A stretch of 64,000 bases of DNA from Candidatus Poribacteria bacterium (GTDB taxonomy: Bacteria > Poribacteria > WGA-4E > WGA-3G), in assembly GCA_965205025.1 (NCBI GenBank), contig CBDBFU010000007.1, positions 1-64,000 on the forward strand, given 5' to 3'. Shown one piece after another: positions 1-11,104 of this stretch. The number at the start of each line of letters is the position of its first letter. Position 1 is the stretch's first letter. The notes below the pieces were generated by a model. The model made no database searches, was not told the origin of the DNA, and worked only from the letters and a program-made list of their open reading frames with translations. A program made the position numbers and the translations under genes.

Positions 1-1215
1 AGTTTTCTGAAGGGCATCGCATAACCGGTCTACGTCATCAATTGTATTATAGAGATAAAAACTTGCGCGTGTTGTTGCTATAACACCTAACTTTTTCATT
101 AACGGTTGTGCACAGTGATGTCCAGCACGGATAGCAATATTATGCGTATCTAAAATACCTGCGATATCATGTGGATGGATACCATTTAAATTAAAGGAAA
201 TGACCCCCGCTTTCTGATGTGCTTCCGGACCGTATATTGTAATTCCTTCTATTTCTTCTAATCGTTGATGTGCATATTTTACGAGCTCTTGTTCATGTAC
301 ATGTATAGAGGCTAATCCTGCTTGTGTAAGGTAATCCACAGCGCTACCAAGGCCAATTGCCTCTGCAATACTTGGTGTACCTGCCTCAAATTTCGCTGGG
401 ACATCTGCGTAGGTTGAACTATCGCGTTCCACAGAATGAATCATTGAACCTCCTCCAAGAAATGGAGGCATTTTCTCAAGCAATTCCATTTTTCCGTATA
501 ATGCACCTACCCCGGTAGGTCCACACATCTTATGTCCTGAAAATGCGAGAAAATCGCAATCCAACTGTTGCACATCTACATGGAAGTGTGGAACGGATTG
601 TGCAGCATCAACGATGACAGCGGCATCTACACCATGTGCTGCTTCAATAACAGATTGAATTGGGTTGATTGTACCGAGGACATTTGAAACATGAGTAATG
701 GCGACTAATTTCGTCTTTTCAGATAGTACATCTTGGAGTTGTGTGAAGTCAAGAAGACCTTTATCGGTTATCTCGAGGAATCTGAGTTTAGCACCAGTCC
801 GTTGTGCGAGAAGTTGCCACGGAACAAGGTTGCTGTGGTGTTCGAGAACTGTGAGAACGATCTCATCACCTTGTTTTATATTGACACTTCCCCAACTGTA
901 TGCGACAAGGTTTATGGATTCTGTTGTGTTACGTGTGAAAACTATCTGGCTTGAACGTGGGGAGTTTATTAACTTTGCGACTTTCTGTCGTGCAATTTCG
1001 TATTGTTCGGTTGCTTCTTCGGAAATCCGATAGATGCCACGATGTATGTTAGATCTGTAGGTATCATAATAAGCATCCATTGCTTCAACGACAGGACGCG
1101 GTGTTTGTGTGGATGCTGCACTATCAAGGAACGCTAAGGGAGGATCATCCGCGAAGATGGGAAAATCTGCACGGATGGATTGGACATCAAGAGGACGAAA
1201 ATCGGATGTTTGCAT
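1..1215 (-). CDS. sufS: SufS-family cysteine desulfurase (3' end runs off the window)
   Basis: Hand translation from ATG 1215: MQTSDFRPLDVQSIRADFPIF..FLDSAASTQTP..SNIHRG..FSGHKMCGPTGVG..IAIRAGHHCAQPLM. Missing from the ORF track because there is no stop inside the window. Confidence 0.93.
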   Translation of the reverse strand, partial: MQTSDFRPLDVQSIRADFPIFADDPPLAFLDSAASTQTPRPVVEAMDAYYDTYRSNIHRGIYRISEEATEQYEIARQKVAKLINSPRSSQIVFTRNTTESINLVAYSWGSVNIKQGDEIVLTVLEHHSNLVPWQLLAQRTGAKLRFLEITDKGLLDFTQLQDVLSEKTKLVAITHVSNVLGTINPIQSVIEAAHGVDAAVIVDAAQSVPHFHVDVQQLDCDFLAFSGHKMCGPTGVGALYGKMELLEKMPPFLGGGSMIHSVERDSSTYADVPAKFEAGTPSIAEAIGLGSAVDYLTQAGLASIHVHEQELVKYAHQRLEEIEGITIYGPEAHQKAGVISFNLNGIHPHDIAGILDTHNIAIRAGHHCAQPLMKKLGVIATTRASFYLYNTIDDVDRLCDALQKT

Positions 1216-1400
1216 TGTTTGTTATATATCCTTGTATTTCTATGAAATATCAGATTCATCAGAAATTGAACTTTTTATATTATAGTGTGCAGATGTTCCC
1301 CGAGAATCTCAACAATTTTGGTTTTAATTTTTTATACATTATCATTTCGGATGATGGTAAATTGGACCATAAGTTGTAGAACCCGTATCCAAAACAGACT

Positions 1401-1742
1401 CTACGAAATATCATTAATTTCTATCAAGGATTTTCCCTCTTCTAAGAACAAAAGGATCTTCGGGAAATTCTGTAACAAAATCTTACGTACATGAGCATTT
1501 GATGTATTTCCACATCGAATCCATATAAGTTGTGGTGGAGGTCCAAGTTGATTCAACAATTCTACGAAGTCGTAGTCTTTTGTCATAACCACTGCTTTTG
1601 TCTCGCGAGCTGCGAAAAATATGTCTTTATCACTTGTTTCCTGAAAATTAAGCCACTGAATTGAAAACGCATCAACATCAAAAGTATTCTTTATCCATGG
1701 TGCAAGGGATGGAGAAAGTTGAGCATCTATCCATAACTTCAT
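1401..1742 (-). CDS. DUF5615 PIN-like toxin (VapC45-like)
   Basis: MKLWIDAQLSP..SDKDIF..VVMTKDYDF..PPQLIWIRCGN; overlaps the DUF433 gene. Confidence 0.85.
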   Translation of the reverse strand: MKLWIDAQLSPSLAPWIKNTFDVDAFSIQWLNFQETSDKDIFFAARETKAVVMTKDYDFVELLNQLGPPPQLIWIRCGNTSNAHVRKILLQNFPKILLFLEEGKSLIEINDIS

Positions 1743-2005
1743 ACAGTAATTACAGGATGATTACTTTTTCGAATCACTGGAGGATCAATTTTATGGGATG
1801 CGTACTTAAGACATGCCACAATATCATCCGAATTTAGGTCTGGCATTTCCTCAAGAATCTCTTTAGAAGAAAGTCCACTGGCAAGTAGGTCTAAAACATC
1901 TGTTACTCGAATCCGCATACCTCGTATACATGGTCGTCCCCCACACTTTTCTGGATCGGAAGTAATTCTCAATCTCAAAGTGAAATCACTCCAACTTTTC
2001 CACAC
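1739..2005 (-). CDS. DUF433 family antitoxin (true start probably nearer 1975)
   Basis: RITSDPEKCGGRPCIRGMRIRVTDVLDLLASG..EILEEMPDL..DIVACLKYA. Confidence 0.88.
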   Translation of the reverse strand: MWKSWSDFTLRLRITSDPEKCGGRPCIRGMRIRVTDVLDLLASGLSSKEILEEMPDLNSDDIVACLKYASHKIDPPVIRKSNHPVITV

Positions 2006-2502
2006 CCAACTCCATCTGATCGGACACTATCAGATACATAAAAGCTAAAGTTTGTAGTCTTTTCTAATTTGTTGCGTATATTCTCACAGATCTTAAAATC
2101 CCGTTCAGTGTCTGGGGCCGTTACTTTAACGAACAGCACATCGTCCTTAGAACGTTTTTCATCGTATTCCAGATAATCGTACTCTTTTAGGATTCGCTTG
2201 AGTATCTCTACGATTTTGAGATTGTCGGATAGTTTCATAATGTGCACCATATCACGGTCCAAGGATATTTGCGAGTGTTCCTATACTATATTCAATTCTT
2301 TGTAAACTCCATCTTTTGATATTATCAATTATATACATAATGGCAAGATTCTCATTTTTCACTTTTACATTTTGTCAACGAGTTCTACTTCAAAGTTTTC
2401 GTTTAATTTTTCTGCAATACGATCAAGAATCCTTTTTTTATATCTTGTAGACATAGTTTTAACTGGTTGCTTTATGTCTTCAATGTGTTCCTTAAGTGTC
2501 AT
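1975..2502 (-). CDS. Hypothetical protein, apparently frameshifted (ATG 2502 MTLKEHIEDIK joined to ORF 1975-2262)
   Basis: RBS-like GGAG upstream of ATG 2502; the reading frame breaks near A runs. Confidence 0.4.
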
Positions 2503-2613
2503 TCTATACTTTATATCTCCTATTCTATCCTAACATATCTTTGAAGAGTAGATAATAATCCTGAATAATGCGTAGGTTGAGTTGAATAACATAAAACCTA
2601 AGGCTTTTCAGAT

Positions 2614-3419
2614 TCAAGCTGGTTGATTTTTATGTTTCTCAAGTTGTGTACGTAGTCTTTCTAATTCCGCTTCTAATTCCTGTCGGCGTAGCACTTCTTC
2701 TTCTACCCGTGCCTCTGCTGCCTCTTTAAGATGTTGTTCTTCTATGGAAGTTGTAATTGGAGTACCGTCTGGCAAGTACGGACGTAAAAGTCTAACGTGC
2801 GTATGATGTTGTTCCTCATATCGAAACTGTAGATTTAACGCTTCGCTGAATATACTACCATCCGCTTCTATCTTTATCTCAACTATCTTCCCAGACAGGT
2901 TCCGCTGCCAAGCCCGGAATTCTGCAGGTTTTTTCAGTTCCGGTTGATGTATAAAGTATTCTTTAACCCCGATATCATTTAGATATAACTCAACTTTTCT
3001 ATTTCGATCCTGATGTGCGGTTGAATCTGAAAGAAACTCAAATACTGCTACAGGAACAGCACCTTCTGACCACGTATAGAAACTGCGGCGCAACGGGTAT
3101 TTTTCAACTCGAATACGACGTGAATATCTGGGGCAACAACTTTTGTAATATCACCTTCACTATAGTAGATAAAACTGTCAACGGCAATGTGAACCAGATC
3201 GTTGATTGCGAAGTATCTTTTGAGTTGGTCAGATAAGGTAATTATCTGCGCACCGTGAAATCCTGTCGCAGCCATCGGTTCGTCGTCCTCACACGGATAA
3301 CCTTCAATATAGATAGTCGGTTTGCCACTCGCTTTTGGAAAGACAGGCATATACTTTCGCTGTTTTATTTTAAAGTCTTTACAGTATCCATGATTTCTCC
3401 GTTCAATCAACATGCTCAC
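2614..3419 (-). CDS. Uma2 family (PD-(D/E)XK) protein with coiled-coil tail, split by a frameshift near 3090
   Basis: GYPCEDDEPMAATGFH..FIYYSEGD..VAPDI in ORF 3048-3419 continues as RRSFYTWSEGAVPVAVFEFLSDSTA..GVKEYF in ORF 2614-3093. Confidence 0.8.
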
Positions 3420-4924
3420 TTATATTAAGAGACATCTGTGTATCCGTAAAATGTCGTTCCATTTTTCGCATCGGTTCAAGCCACTGCTTCGGTAAACGGA
3501 TATGACTTCTCAGAGAACTTGGATTTTCAAAAAAAGTATCGTCTATCTGCCAGAATTGCAGTTTTGGAAAAGTCTCGTTGTTATGAGAGAACGTACCCAT
3601 GTCCGCTGCTTCTTGACGCATCCCCGAACTCACAGGCTCAATTGTGATAAAGACACCGATTGCATTGTGTTTATCCATTGTGCGGCAGAATGATTTGACT
3701 TGATTCAATAGTGGGTTTACCGCTCTTGACTTCAGCAAATATTCTTGTGTTAGTTGTTTCTCCTTCCTCTGGATCCCATAGCGTGATATGTCCGACCTCT
3801 GCTTCACCATCCCTACCGCCATCGCCGACAGATTTTGTGGCTGAAGACCGAGACGTGTTACCGCCCAGTTAGAAAAGTCGTGGTATTTTTTTTCGTCACG
3901 GACAAGCATGCGTACTTCTTGCATGTTTGTGGGATAGCCGTGGATTTCGTAGTCTTTTGATGGTTCCAAACCGTGTCTGTCATGGAGGCGTGGCGCGCAT
4001 CGGATCAAGCGAGAGGATTGTTAGGTCAATCCCTATCCAAAAGCGATTGTGCGTGTGTGCTGGCTCTACTGTTGTACCGCAACCTGCAAACGGATCCATC
4101 ACGAGATCGCCTTCGTTGCTGGAGGCTTTTATCATCCGTTCATAAAGGGCGCGCGGTTTTTGTGTCGGATAGCCAAGACGTTCTTTTTTTTGACATGTGT
4201 CCCGCACTAGGGATATCAACCCAATAATCCTCTATGAGTTTTCCGCGTTCAGAATAAGCGTCTTCTAATGCTTGAACTTCCTTAGGTGTCCGATTGCCTC
4301 TTGTAAGTGAACTTGCACCCGTTCCAGTAATACGTTTGTAAGCAACTCGCACACCATCAGGATTAAAAAAAGAAGATACGGTTTTTCCATAAAATAGAAT
4401 TATATCGTGTTTACGAGGAAACCACCTTTTTGCACTGCTGGGTCCTTTGTAACCCCATACGATCTCATTTCGGAAATTATCTCCCTCAAATACTGTGTCC
4501 ATTACACCTTGAGGTAATGGCTTGCGGTCGGATCGCAGTGTAGATAGATGCTCCCTGTATCTTTGAGTATGCGGTGCATCTCTGCAAGGCGCGGTCCCAT
4601 AAACGCCAGATATGCACGCATTGCTCCCTTGTTCCCGGTCACTGCGTTTTGTAGTACAAGGTCATATCCTTTCAAACATGTGTCCAATGCTTTGTAAGTG
4701 TCGCTAGTGAGTGTGCGTCTTTCTATGTCGGCACGGTAATCTTTTGCGGGGTCGTCCCATGTCCATGTGTCCGTGAATGCTTTGGACTGTGCGAGCGAAT
4801 CGGTAAGAAACGCGTTATAGTCACGTCCGCTGTTGAAGGGTGGATCGGTGCAGATTAGGTCAACGCGTTTGTCATCCATTTCTCGCATGACTTCAAGGTT
4901 ATCGCCGAAGTATAGTTTGTTCAT
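3403..4924 (-). CDS. Site-specific DNA methyltransferase (N4/N6, beta class) with C-terminal Mrr-like domain; four frameshifted pieces
   Basis: LYFGDNL, DLICTDPPFNS, GSIYLHCDPTASHYLK, FRNEIVWGY, RLGYPTQKP, DPFAGCGTT, then QVKS..GVFIT. Confidence 0.85.
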
Positions 4925-5019
4925 TGTTTATATGAATCACAGATTAGACAGATTTCGCGAATTATGTTGAGTTTCGCAAACTCAAGCCTCCGCTGGATTT
5001 TGCTATTCTTCTGTGTCGC

Positions 5020-5407
5020 TTAGTCTTGAGAGTATTTCGGATTCAAATCAAGACATTCACCAGGGATTGGTAGCATATTCTCTGGTACCTGACTGGATGG
5101 AGTCCAATCTGTCTGAACTGAAGCATGCTCGTCATAAGGAACCCGGATTTTAAATGTATAGGCATTTTCAGAATGGACAAATGCATCGTGGAGGTCTATT
5201 TTACCAGATCTAATCAGGTTAAGTCGTTCCGTGGATACTGCAACACAGAGCCAGGTTACATATTTATCGTTTTCATCAGCAGCCATAACAAGGAAAAGTT
5301 GACCTGCGGCGTTTTTACAGGAGTAAAGAACAGGTTGATCGTAGTATTCGTATATTTCTACAATCTCAAGTTTTGCCTAGCTCTGGAATATTGATTATAT
5401 CAAGCAT
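5020..5407 (-). CDS. Hypothetical protein (DUF6575-like), frameshifted near 5372
   Basis: Removing one A gives MLDIINIPELGKLEIVEIYEYYDQPVLYSCKN.., which joins WLCVAVSTERLNLIRSGKIDLHDAF. Confidence 0.55.
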
Positions 5408-5614
5408 TTTATATGTTCTGTTATGTAGGACTTCTGCTTTTTTATTCGCTTATTACTCTAAAATCATGCCAAGGCTCTACTCCAATGGGTATCCACCATG
5501 TATAATGAGATTTCTCTTTTCCCTCTGTCTGTTGAATAAAACCAAGTGCTGGATTGAGTTTGTCTTCAGCAGTTTTTCTATCTCTAAGTTGCCTGATTCT
5601 GTTCTTGAACCGAT

Positions 5615-5667
5615 ACATCCATTTCTTACCTGATTTCTAAATTATTGACGAAGTATAGTTTGTTCAT
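5615..5667 (-). pseudogene. Remnant copy of the 5' end of the neighbouring methyltransferase
   Basis: MNKLYFVNNLEIR*EMD versus MNKLYFGDNLEVMREMD; 19 nt identical to the gene start at 4924. Confidence 0.6.
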
Positions 5668-5692
5668 GCTTAATGTCCCAAATGAATTAGAG

Positions 5693-5893
5693 TTACTCCT
5701 TCAACTTAACCAATAGAGATGTACCGGTGATAATGAAGGAAGTACCAACAATTAAATATCCACACCCTTCAATCTCATTGGAATAATTAACATGACGACC
5801 TTCTTCAAAAACAGTAATTCCTGATATAATGAATATAATCCCGGAAATTATTAGAATTAGCATCATAGTTTTTAATGAAAAAATCTTTTTCAT
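5693..5893 (-). CDS. Small protein with two predicted TM helices
   Basis: 66 aa with two hydrophobic segments. Confidence 0.5.
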   Translation of the reverse strand: MKKIFSLKTMMLILIISGIIFIISGITVFEEGRHVNYSNEIEGCGYLIVGTSFIITGTSLLVKLKE

Positions 5894-5954
5894 TTACACA
5901 CATCCTTGAAGTTATATGAACAAGGATAAACGCATGACTTTTAACATCTTCGCG

Positions 5955-6385
5955 CAGTAGGTTGGGTTTCGGAAACTCAACCTGATAGGTGTAAACTTAC
6001 GAAATATTCAATTTCAGAAACCCTCTTCAGTCCCGTAGGGACGAGATGTTTATAGAAAAATGTTATCCATTCCTCTTGAGTTCCGTAGGAACGGCATAGA
6101 AAAATAAACATTTCGTCCCTAATGAAGTTAAAGAATTTATTCGGGTAATTTCCAGTTTCTTGTAGAATCCGGTACGGTTAGGAAACCGCACCTACCGTGT
6201 CTGGGTCCAAATTACCTAATTTATTTTTTAATCTTCATACGGGAGTAAAAAGTGTTTCTCATACTCAGAAAATCCCTAAATTGACACCTATGAGTATGTC
6301 AAAATACGCCAAATCAACGGTATGAATACCTTTTGGCATTCCCCGTGGTATTCTGAATTGGTTAGGAAACCGTACCTCCCGGACC
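5955..6385. repeat. Cluster of GTAG/CTAC-type REP-like palindromes
   Basis: gtaggttgggtttcggaaactcaacc, gtcccgtagggacg, ggtacggttaggaaaccgcacctacc, ggttaggaaaccgtacc; relatives at about 11065 and 63930-64000. Confidence 0.6.
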
Positions 6386-6453
6386 TAGAAATCCAACCTT
6401 ATCGAATTAAATCATGTAAGCGCGCTTACCTATTTATCTATAGAATTGTATTA

Positions 6454-6795
6454 TTACCTGCTTGGGAAACCGATATTGACCGGAGATGGACCGTGGTCCT
6501 CGCAAGCTTGATCAGTGGGGACATCGGTTTCGGCTTCGTTAGGTGTTACAATACCTTCTTCAAGCAGATATGCTTCCACTTCATCACCGCTGACATCGGC
6601 AAGCATTATATTGTCAATTTGGACACAGGGTTGATAAGGTTGACGTGTCTTCTGAACCATTTCACGGTAGTTATCTTCGTTGTTGATAATATCTCTGTCT
6701 TCGTATTCTAAATTATATTTATCGAAAATGGCACGGACGCCGTTGCTCCAGCCACAGACAGGTTTCATATAGGCGATAATTGTTGGTTGACTCAT
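6454..6795 (-). CDS. Monothiol-type glutaredoxin (CGWS active site)
   Basis: MSQPTIIAYMKPVCGWSNGVRAIF..YEDRDI..QPYQPCVQID; AGGAG upstream of ATG 6795; directly downstream of sufD. Confidence 0.82.
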   Translation of the reverse strand: MSQPTIIAYMKPVCGWSNGVRAIFDKYNLEYEDRDIINNEDNYREMVQKTRQPYQPCVQIDNIMLADVSGDEVEAYLLEEGIVTPNEAETDVPTDQACEDHGPSPVNIGFPSR

Positions 6796-6875
6796 TGTAA
6801 GTGACTCCTTTTTTAGAATTATACAACGTCTTATGACGTGCACCGTTTAGGTTTATGACATATTGGTTGTGTCTA

Positions 6876-8231
6876 CTATGTTGAAAGTTTGCGTGAAACG
6901 AATTCTTGTAATTCTGTTTTTACTGAATCTAAAGGTATTCTTTCCATGACAGGTTCAAAGAAACCGTCAACAATAAGTTTTTCTGCTTGAGCATAGGGAA
7001 TACCCCGACTCATCAGGTAGAATACTTGGTCGGCATCAATTTTACCTGCTGTTGCCCCGTGTGTGCAACGAACTTCATGTGCTTGGATTTCTAATCCGGG
7101 TAATGTATCGGCGTGTGCCCGATCACTGAGTAGTAGGTTATCATTTTTTTGATATGCATCTGTATAGTTTGCTTCAGGATAAACGTAGATATTTCCACCC
7201 CATGCAGTCTGCGATCTATCCTTAAGAACGGTTCTATATAACAGATCACTGGAGGTATGGGGTGAAGCATGTTCTTGTGCTGTACTTACATCCAGATGTT
7301 GTCGCGAATCTGTAAATGCCAAACCTAACATCTGTGCGTTTCCACCAGCACCTTCTAACACAATAGCTTGGTTAAGTTTATTTAACCTGCCACCAAAAGT
7401 AGCGGTTACCCAATTGAGTTGTGCGTCTTTACTAACGATTGCTCTGTGTGATGCGAAATTCCATACCTGTCGATTCCAGTTTTGAACCTGGACATAGGTA
7501 ACATGTGAATTCTGACCTGCAAAAATCTCAACTGCTCCACAATGTAAACCGCTTGTATCTGGACTTGATGAGGAGTTATCTTCCAAGATTGCTACTTCAC
7601 TATTTTCCTCAGCGATGACAAGTATATGTGACAGATCAATTTGTTGCTCTTTTGAGAGTTTGATATAAGCACGTAATGGAACATCAACTTTAACACCTTT
7701 TGGCACATGAAGTAGATAACCACCTTGCCAAAATGCACAATGGAGTGCGTCAAACTTATTAGTGGTAGCAAGATTTCCACTTTTTAGTGTAGATTCTAAT
7801 GTGACCGCTCGCGTCATAAAATAATCACGCAGCAGTTCTTCACGTTCGTTTACAGCTGTATGCAGGTCAGCAAAATAGACATCTTTTTGTTTAGCCTCAG
7901 AGGATACGGTGGTATGCTGAGGCTGCCCATCTATCTGTGAAAATACAGCTGCAGCATCTTCAATATCCGGTGCTTCGCCAGATAAATTGCCGTTTGAATC
8001 TACGGTTGTTTGATAACTGTCAATATCAAATCCCCGAAGATGTCTTCGAGTACGACGCCAATAATCCTGTGTCCGCATATCCACAGTACGACGCCATACA
8101 TCATCATCTGTCGTATGTGGCATCGGCAGAGATTCGTATAAATCAAAAGCCTCTAACCGTCTTTCTTGCATCCATTTTGGTTCAGTATCGGCTATTTTTT
8201 GAAGAAATTCTTTCGTTAAATTACTTTGCAA
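6876..8231 (-). CDS. sufD: Fe-S cluster assembly protein SufD
   Basis: QKNDNLLLSDRAHADTLPGLEIQAHEVRCTHGATAGKID..FYLMSRGI. Confidence 0.95.
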   Translation of the reverse strand: MQSNLTKEFLQKIADTEPKWMQERRLEAFDLYESLPMPHTTDDDVWRRTVDMRTQDYWRRTRRHLRGFDIDSYQTTVDSNGNLSGEAPDIEDAAAVFSQIDGQPQHTTVSSEAKQKDVYFADLHTAVNEREELLRDYFMTRAVTLESTLKSGNLATTNKFDALHCAFWQGGYLLHVPKGVKVDVPLRAYIKLSKEQQIDLSHILVIAEENSEVAILEDNSSSSPDTSGLHCGAVEIFAGQNSHVTYVQVQNWNRQVWNFASHRAIVSKDAQLNWVTATFGGRLNKLNQAIVLEGAGGNAQMLGLAFTDSRQHLDVSTAQEHASPHTSSDLLYRTVLKDRSQTAWGGNIYVYPEANYTDAYQKNDNLLLSDRAHADTLPGLEIQAHEVRCTHGATAGKIDADQVFYLMSRGIPYAQAEKLIVDGFFEPVMERIPLDSVKTELQEFVSRKLST

Positions 8232-8247
8232 TACTTTATCCTTCGGT

Positions 8248-9666
8248 TTAACCGACTGAACCTTCCATTTGAAGTTGTATGAGACGGTTCATCTCAACAG
8301 CATATTCCATCGGGAGTTCTTTTACCAGCGGTTCAATGAAACCGTTGACAATCATGGTAGACGCTTCTTCTTCAGAAAGACCACGACTCATCAGGTAGAA
8401 CAACTGCTCTTCTCCGATTTTACTAACATGTGCTTCGTGTTCAATTTTAGTGTCGTTCTCAGCAATTTCTATGACAGGATAGGTATCCGAGCGCGACTCT
8501 TTATCAAGGATAAGAGCATCACAAACGACATGAGATTTACAGCCTTTAGCACCTTTTGCAACATCAACCCAACCGCGATAACTGGAACGTCCACCGTCTT
8601 TACTAATAGACTTTGAGGTGATCTGTGATGTAGTGTGTGGTGCACAATGATATACCTTGGCACCGGCATCTTGATGTTGCCCTTTACTTGCGAATGCTAT
8701 AGAGAGGATCTCACCGCGTGCACCGGGTTCCATCATGTATACACTTGGATACTTCATTGTCAGTTTACTACCGAGATTTCCATCAACCCATTCCATCTGT
8801 GCGTCTTGGTATGCCATTGCTCGTTTGGTGACGAGATTGTATACATTTCCTGCCCAGTTTTGGATGGTTGTGTAGCGTACACGCGAACCTTTCTTACAGA
8901 CGATTTCAACTACAGCACTATGTAGGGATTCGCTGCTATAGGTCGGCGCCGTACATCCTTCAACATAATGTACCTGTGAACCTTCATCTGCGATGATAAG
9001 AGTACGTTCAAACTGTCCCATATTTTCGCTGTTGATTCGGAAATAGGCTTGTAATGGATATTCAACCTTTACACCGGGAGGAACATAAACGAAACTTCCT
9101 CCACTCCAGACTGCGCTATTGAGTGCTGCGAACTGGTTATCCGCTGATGGAATGATTGTTCCGAAGTATTCTTTGATGAGATCTGGATACTCTTTTAATG
9201 CTGTATCGGTATCAAGGAATACGACGCCTATTTTGTCCAATTCTTCAACGATGTTATGATAAACGACTTCGGAATCGTATTGTGCGCCGACACCCGCGAG
9301 GAATTTCCGTTCAGCTTCAGGAATACCGAGTCGGTCGAAGGTTTTCTTTATATCATCTGGCACATCGTCCCAACTTCGTTCGCTTCGGTCAGACGCTTTG
9401 ACGTAGTAGTAGATGTCGTCAAAATCGAGTTGTGATAGATCACCACCCCATTTTGTCATAGGTTTTTGTTTAAAGATCTCATAAGCCTTGAGTCTGTACT
9501 CGCGCATCCAATCGGGTTCTTCCTTGATGTCGCACATCTGATTGATGACTTCCTCGTCCAATCCTTTTCTGGATTTGAACGTTGGTTTAACGTCATCATG
9601 GAACCCATACTGATAATCTTTGCTAATTCCGAGTTCGTCAATTTGTTTCGTTTCTGGAGTTGCCAT
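8248..9666 (-). CDS. sufB: Fe-S cluster assembly protein SufB
   Basis: [51 protein letters not shown]. Confidence 0.98.
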   Translation of the reverse strand: MATPETKQIDELGISKDYQYGFHDDVKPTFKSRKGLDEEVINQMCDIKEEPDWMREYRLKAYEIFKQKPMTKWGGDLSQLDFDDIYYYVKASDRSERSWDDVPDDIKKTFDRLGIPEAERKFLAGVGAQYDSEVVYHNIVEELDKIGVVFLDTDTALKEYPDLIKEYFGTIIPSADNQFAALNSAVWSGGSFVYVPPGVKVEYPLQAYFRINSENMGQFERTLIIADEGSQVHYVEGCTAPTYSSESLHSAVVEIVCKKGSRVRYTTIQNWAGNVYNLVTKRAMAYQDAQMEWVDGNLGSKLTMKYPSVYMMEPGARGEILSIAFASKGQHQDAGAKVYHCAPHTTSQITSKSISKDGGRSSYRGWVDVAKGAKGCKSHVVCDALILDKESRSDTYPVIEIAENDTKIEHEAHVSKIGEEQLFYLMSRGLSEEEASTMIVNGFIEPLVKELPMEYAVEMNRLIQLQMEGSVG

Positions 9667-9701
9667 TTTATTCTCCTTCAGCGTATTTTATAGTTGTGAT
9701 T

Positions 9702-10127
9702 TCAAGGGTTAACAATTCGTTGTTGCTTTAGCGTTTCTATTTGTTGCTTTAACGTTTCTATTTCCTGTATGAGCATTTTAATCCGTTTTTTGAGCAAAAA
9801 ATCATTTCTGATTTCTTGCACGACCGGAATTAATGGTGCTACTACAACTGCCGCTATGATGGCGATTAGCCCATAAAGTACATACTTTGCATGTGGGAAT
9901 TGCTTGTCAACGTTTTCAAGTTTACCTTTTATCCATGCAACATCCGTTTTTAAGGATACGATATCAGCTTTTATGGGTTTGAGTTCCTCATTGATAATCA
10001 ATCGAATTCTATTGAGGTCGGTATCTGTTAAATCACTGAGAGCTGGTAACGCGATTACACAAAAGAGGATTGAAAAAAGAAAGGTAATTTTCATTGTTGC
10101 CTCCTTTTCACTCATGTGATGTAACAA
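9702..10127 (-). CDS. Hypothetical membrane protein (signal peptide, coiled coil, TM helix); start probably MKITFLF
   Basis: Hydrophobic N-terminus, C-terminal TM helix, tandem IETLKQQ repeat. Confidence 0.6.
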   Translation of the reverse strand: MLHHMSEKEATMKITFLFSILFCVIALPALSDLTDTDLNRIRLIINEELKPIKADIVSLKTDVAWIKGKLENVDKQFPHAKYVLYGLIAIIAAVVVAPLIPVVQEIRNDFLLKKRIKMLIQEIETLKQQIETLKQQRIVNP

Positions 10128-10163
10128 TTGTGAGTTTCAGAAGTTGTTATTTGTACCTTAACT

Positions 10164-10955
10164 TTACTGGACAACTTCAGCAATACCGTGTTTTTCACGA
10201 ATTGGATCGTATCCTTCTTCTTCTAATGTTTGTGTGAGTTCCCAACCGCCTGATTCAACAATTTTGCCATCAAGTAGTATATGCACAAATTGTGGATGGA
10301 TGTAATCTAACAACCTTGGATAGTGTGTGATGATGAGAACACCGAGTTCTGGACCGACTAAACTACTAACACTTTCACCAACAATCCGAACAGCATCAAT
10401 ATCAAGTCCGGAATCTGTTTCATCAAGTATAGCAATTTTCGGTTCAAGCATCGCCATTTGCAGGATTTCTGCGCGTTTCATTTCTCCACCAGAGAACCCA
10501 TCGTTGAGATATCGTCTTGCGAAGGAGTCGTCAACACCGAGTTGCGTCATTTTTTCACGAAGTTCTTTACGGAATTCTCGCATCGGAATCAATTCATTGT
10601 CTTCAGATCCGTTTGTTCCGTTAGAACGGGTAGCACTTACTGCGATCCGTAGGAAATTTGCTAAACTTACTCCTGGAATGGCAGTTGGATATTGGAATGC
10701 AAGAAATAGTCCCAATTTTGCTCTTTCATTCGCTTCCATTTCGAGTATATCAACCCCGTTGAAAATCACTTCTCCGGAATCAACATCGTATGACGGGTGT
10801 CCCATCAATCCTTTCGCGAGTGTACTTTTACCAGATCCGTTTGGTCCCATGAGTGCATGGACTTCACCTTGTTTTACAGAAAGATTTAACCCTTTTATAA
10901 TGGGGTTTCCATCAACACTAATATGTAGGTCTTTAATTGTTAGGTCATAACTCAT
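10164..10955 (-). CDS. sufC: Fe-S cluster assembly ATPase SufC
   Basis: GEVHALMGPNGSGKSTL, LFLAFQYP, GFSGGEMKRAEILQ, ILDETDSGLDIDA. Confidence 0.97.
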   Translation of the reverse strand: MSYDLTIKDLHISVDGNPIIKGLNLSVKQGEVHALMGPNGSGKSTLAKGLMGHPSYDVDSGEVIFNGVDILEMEANERAKLGLFLAFQYPTAIPGVSLANFLRIAVSATRSNGTNGSEDNELIPMREFRKELREKMTQLGVDDSFARRYLNDGFSGGEMKRAEILQMAMLEPKIAILDETDSGLDIDAVRIVGESVSSLVGPELGVLIITHYPRLLDYIHPQFVHILLDGKIVESGGWELTQTLEEEGYDPIREKHGIAEVVQ

Positions 10956-11104
10956 TTCTTGGCTTCTGACTCCTTGTTTATAGTAAAAATATAAATTTTA
11001 GTGTTTTCCTATTTATTTTTATCTGTTCATGGTAGATTTTAGAATTACTTGGACACTCAGCATCGGCGAGGTTGGGAAACCTCGCCTACCAAGGGCAAAG
11101 GTGT

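Noticed and set aside
698-1494. Plus-strand ORFs over sufS, and similar antisense ORFs over suf, moaA, ABC, res and mod
   Set aside because: They are shadow frames of well-supported genes on the opposite strand.
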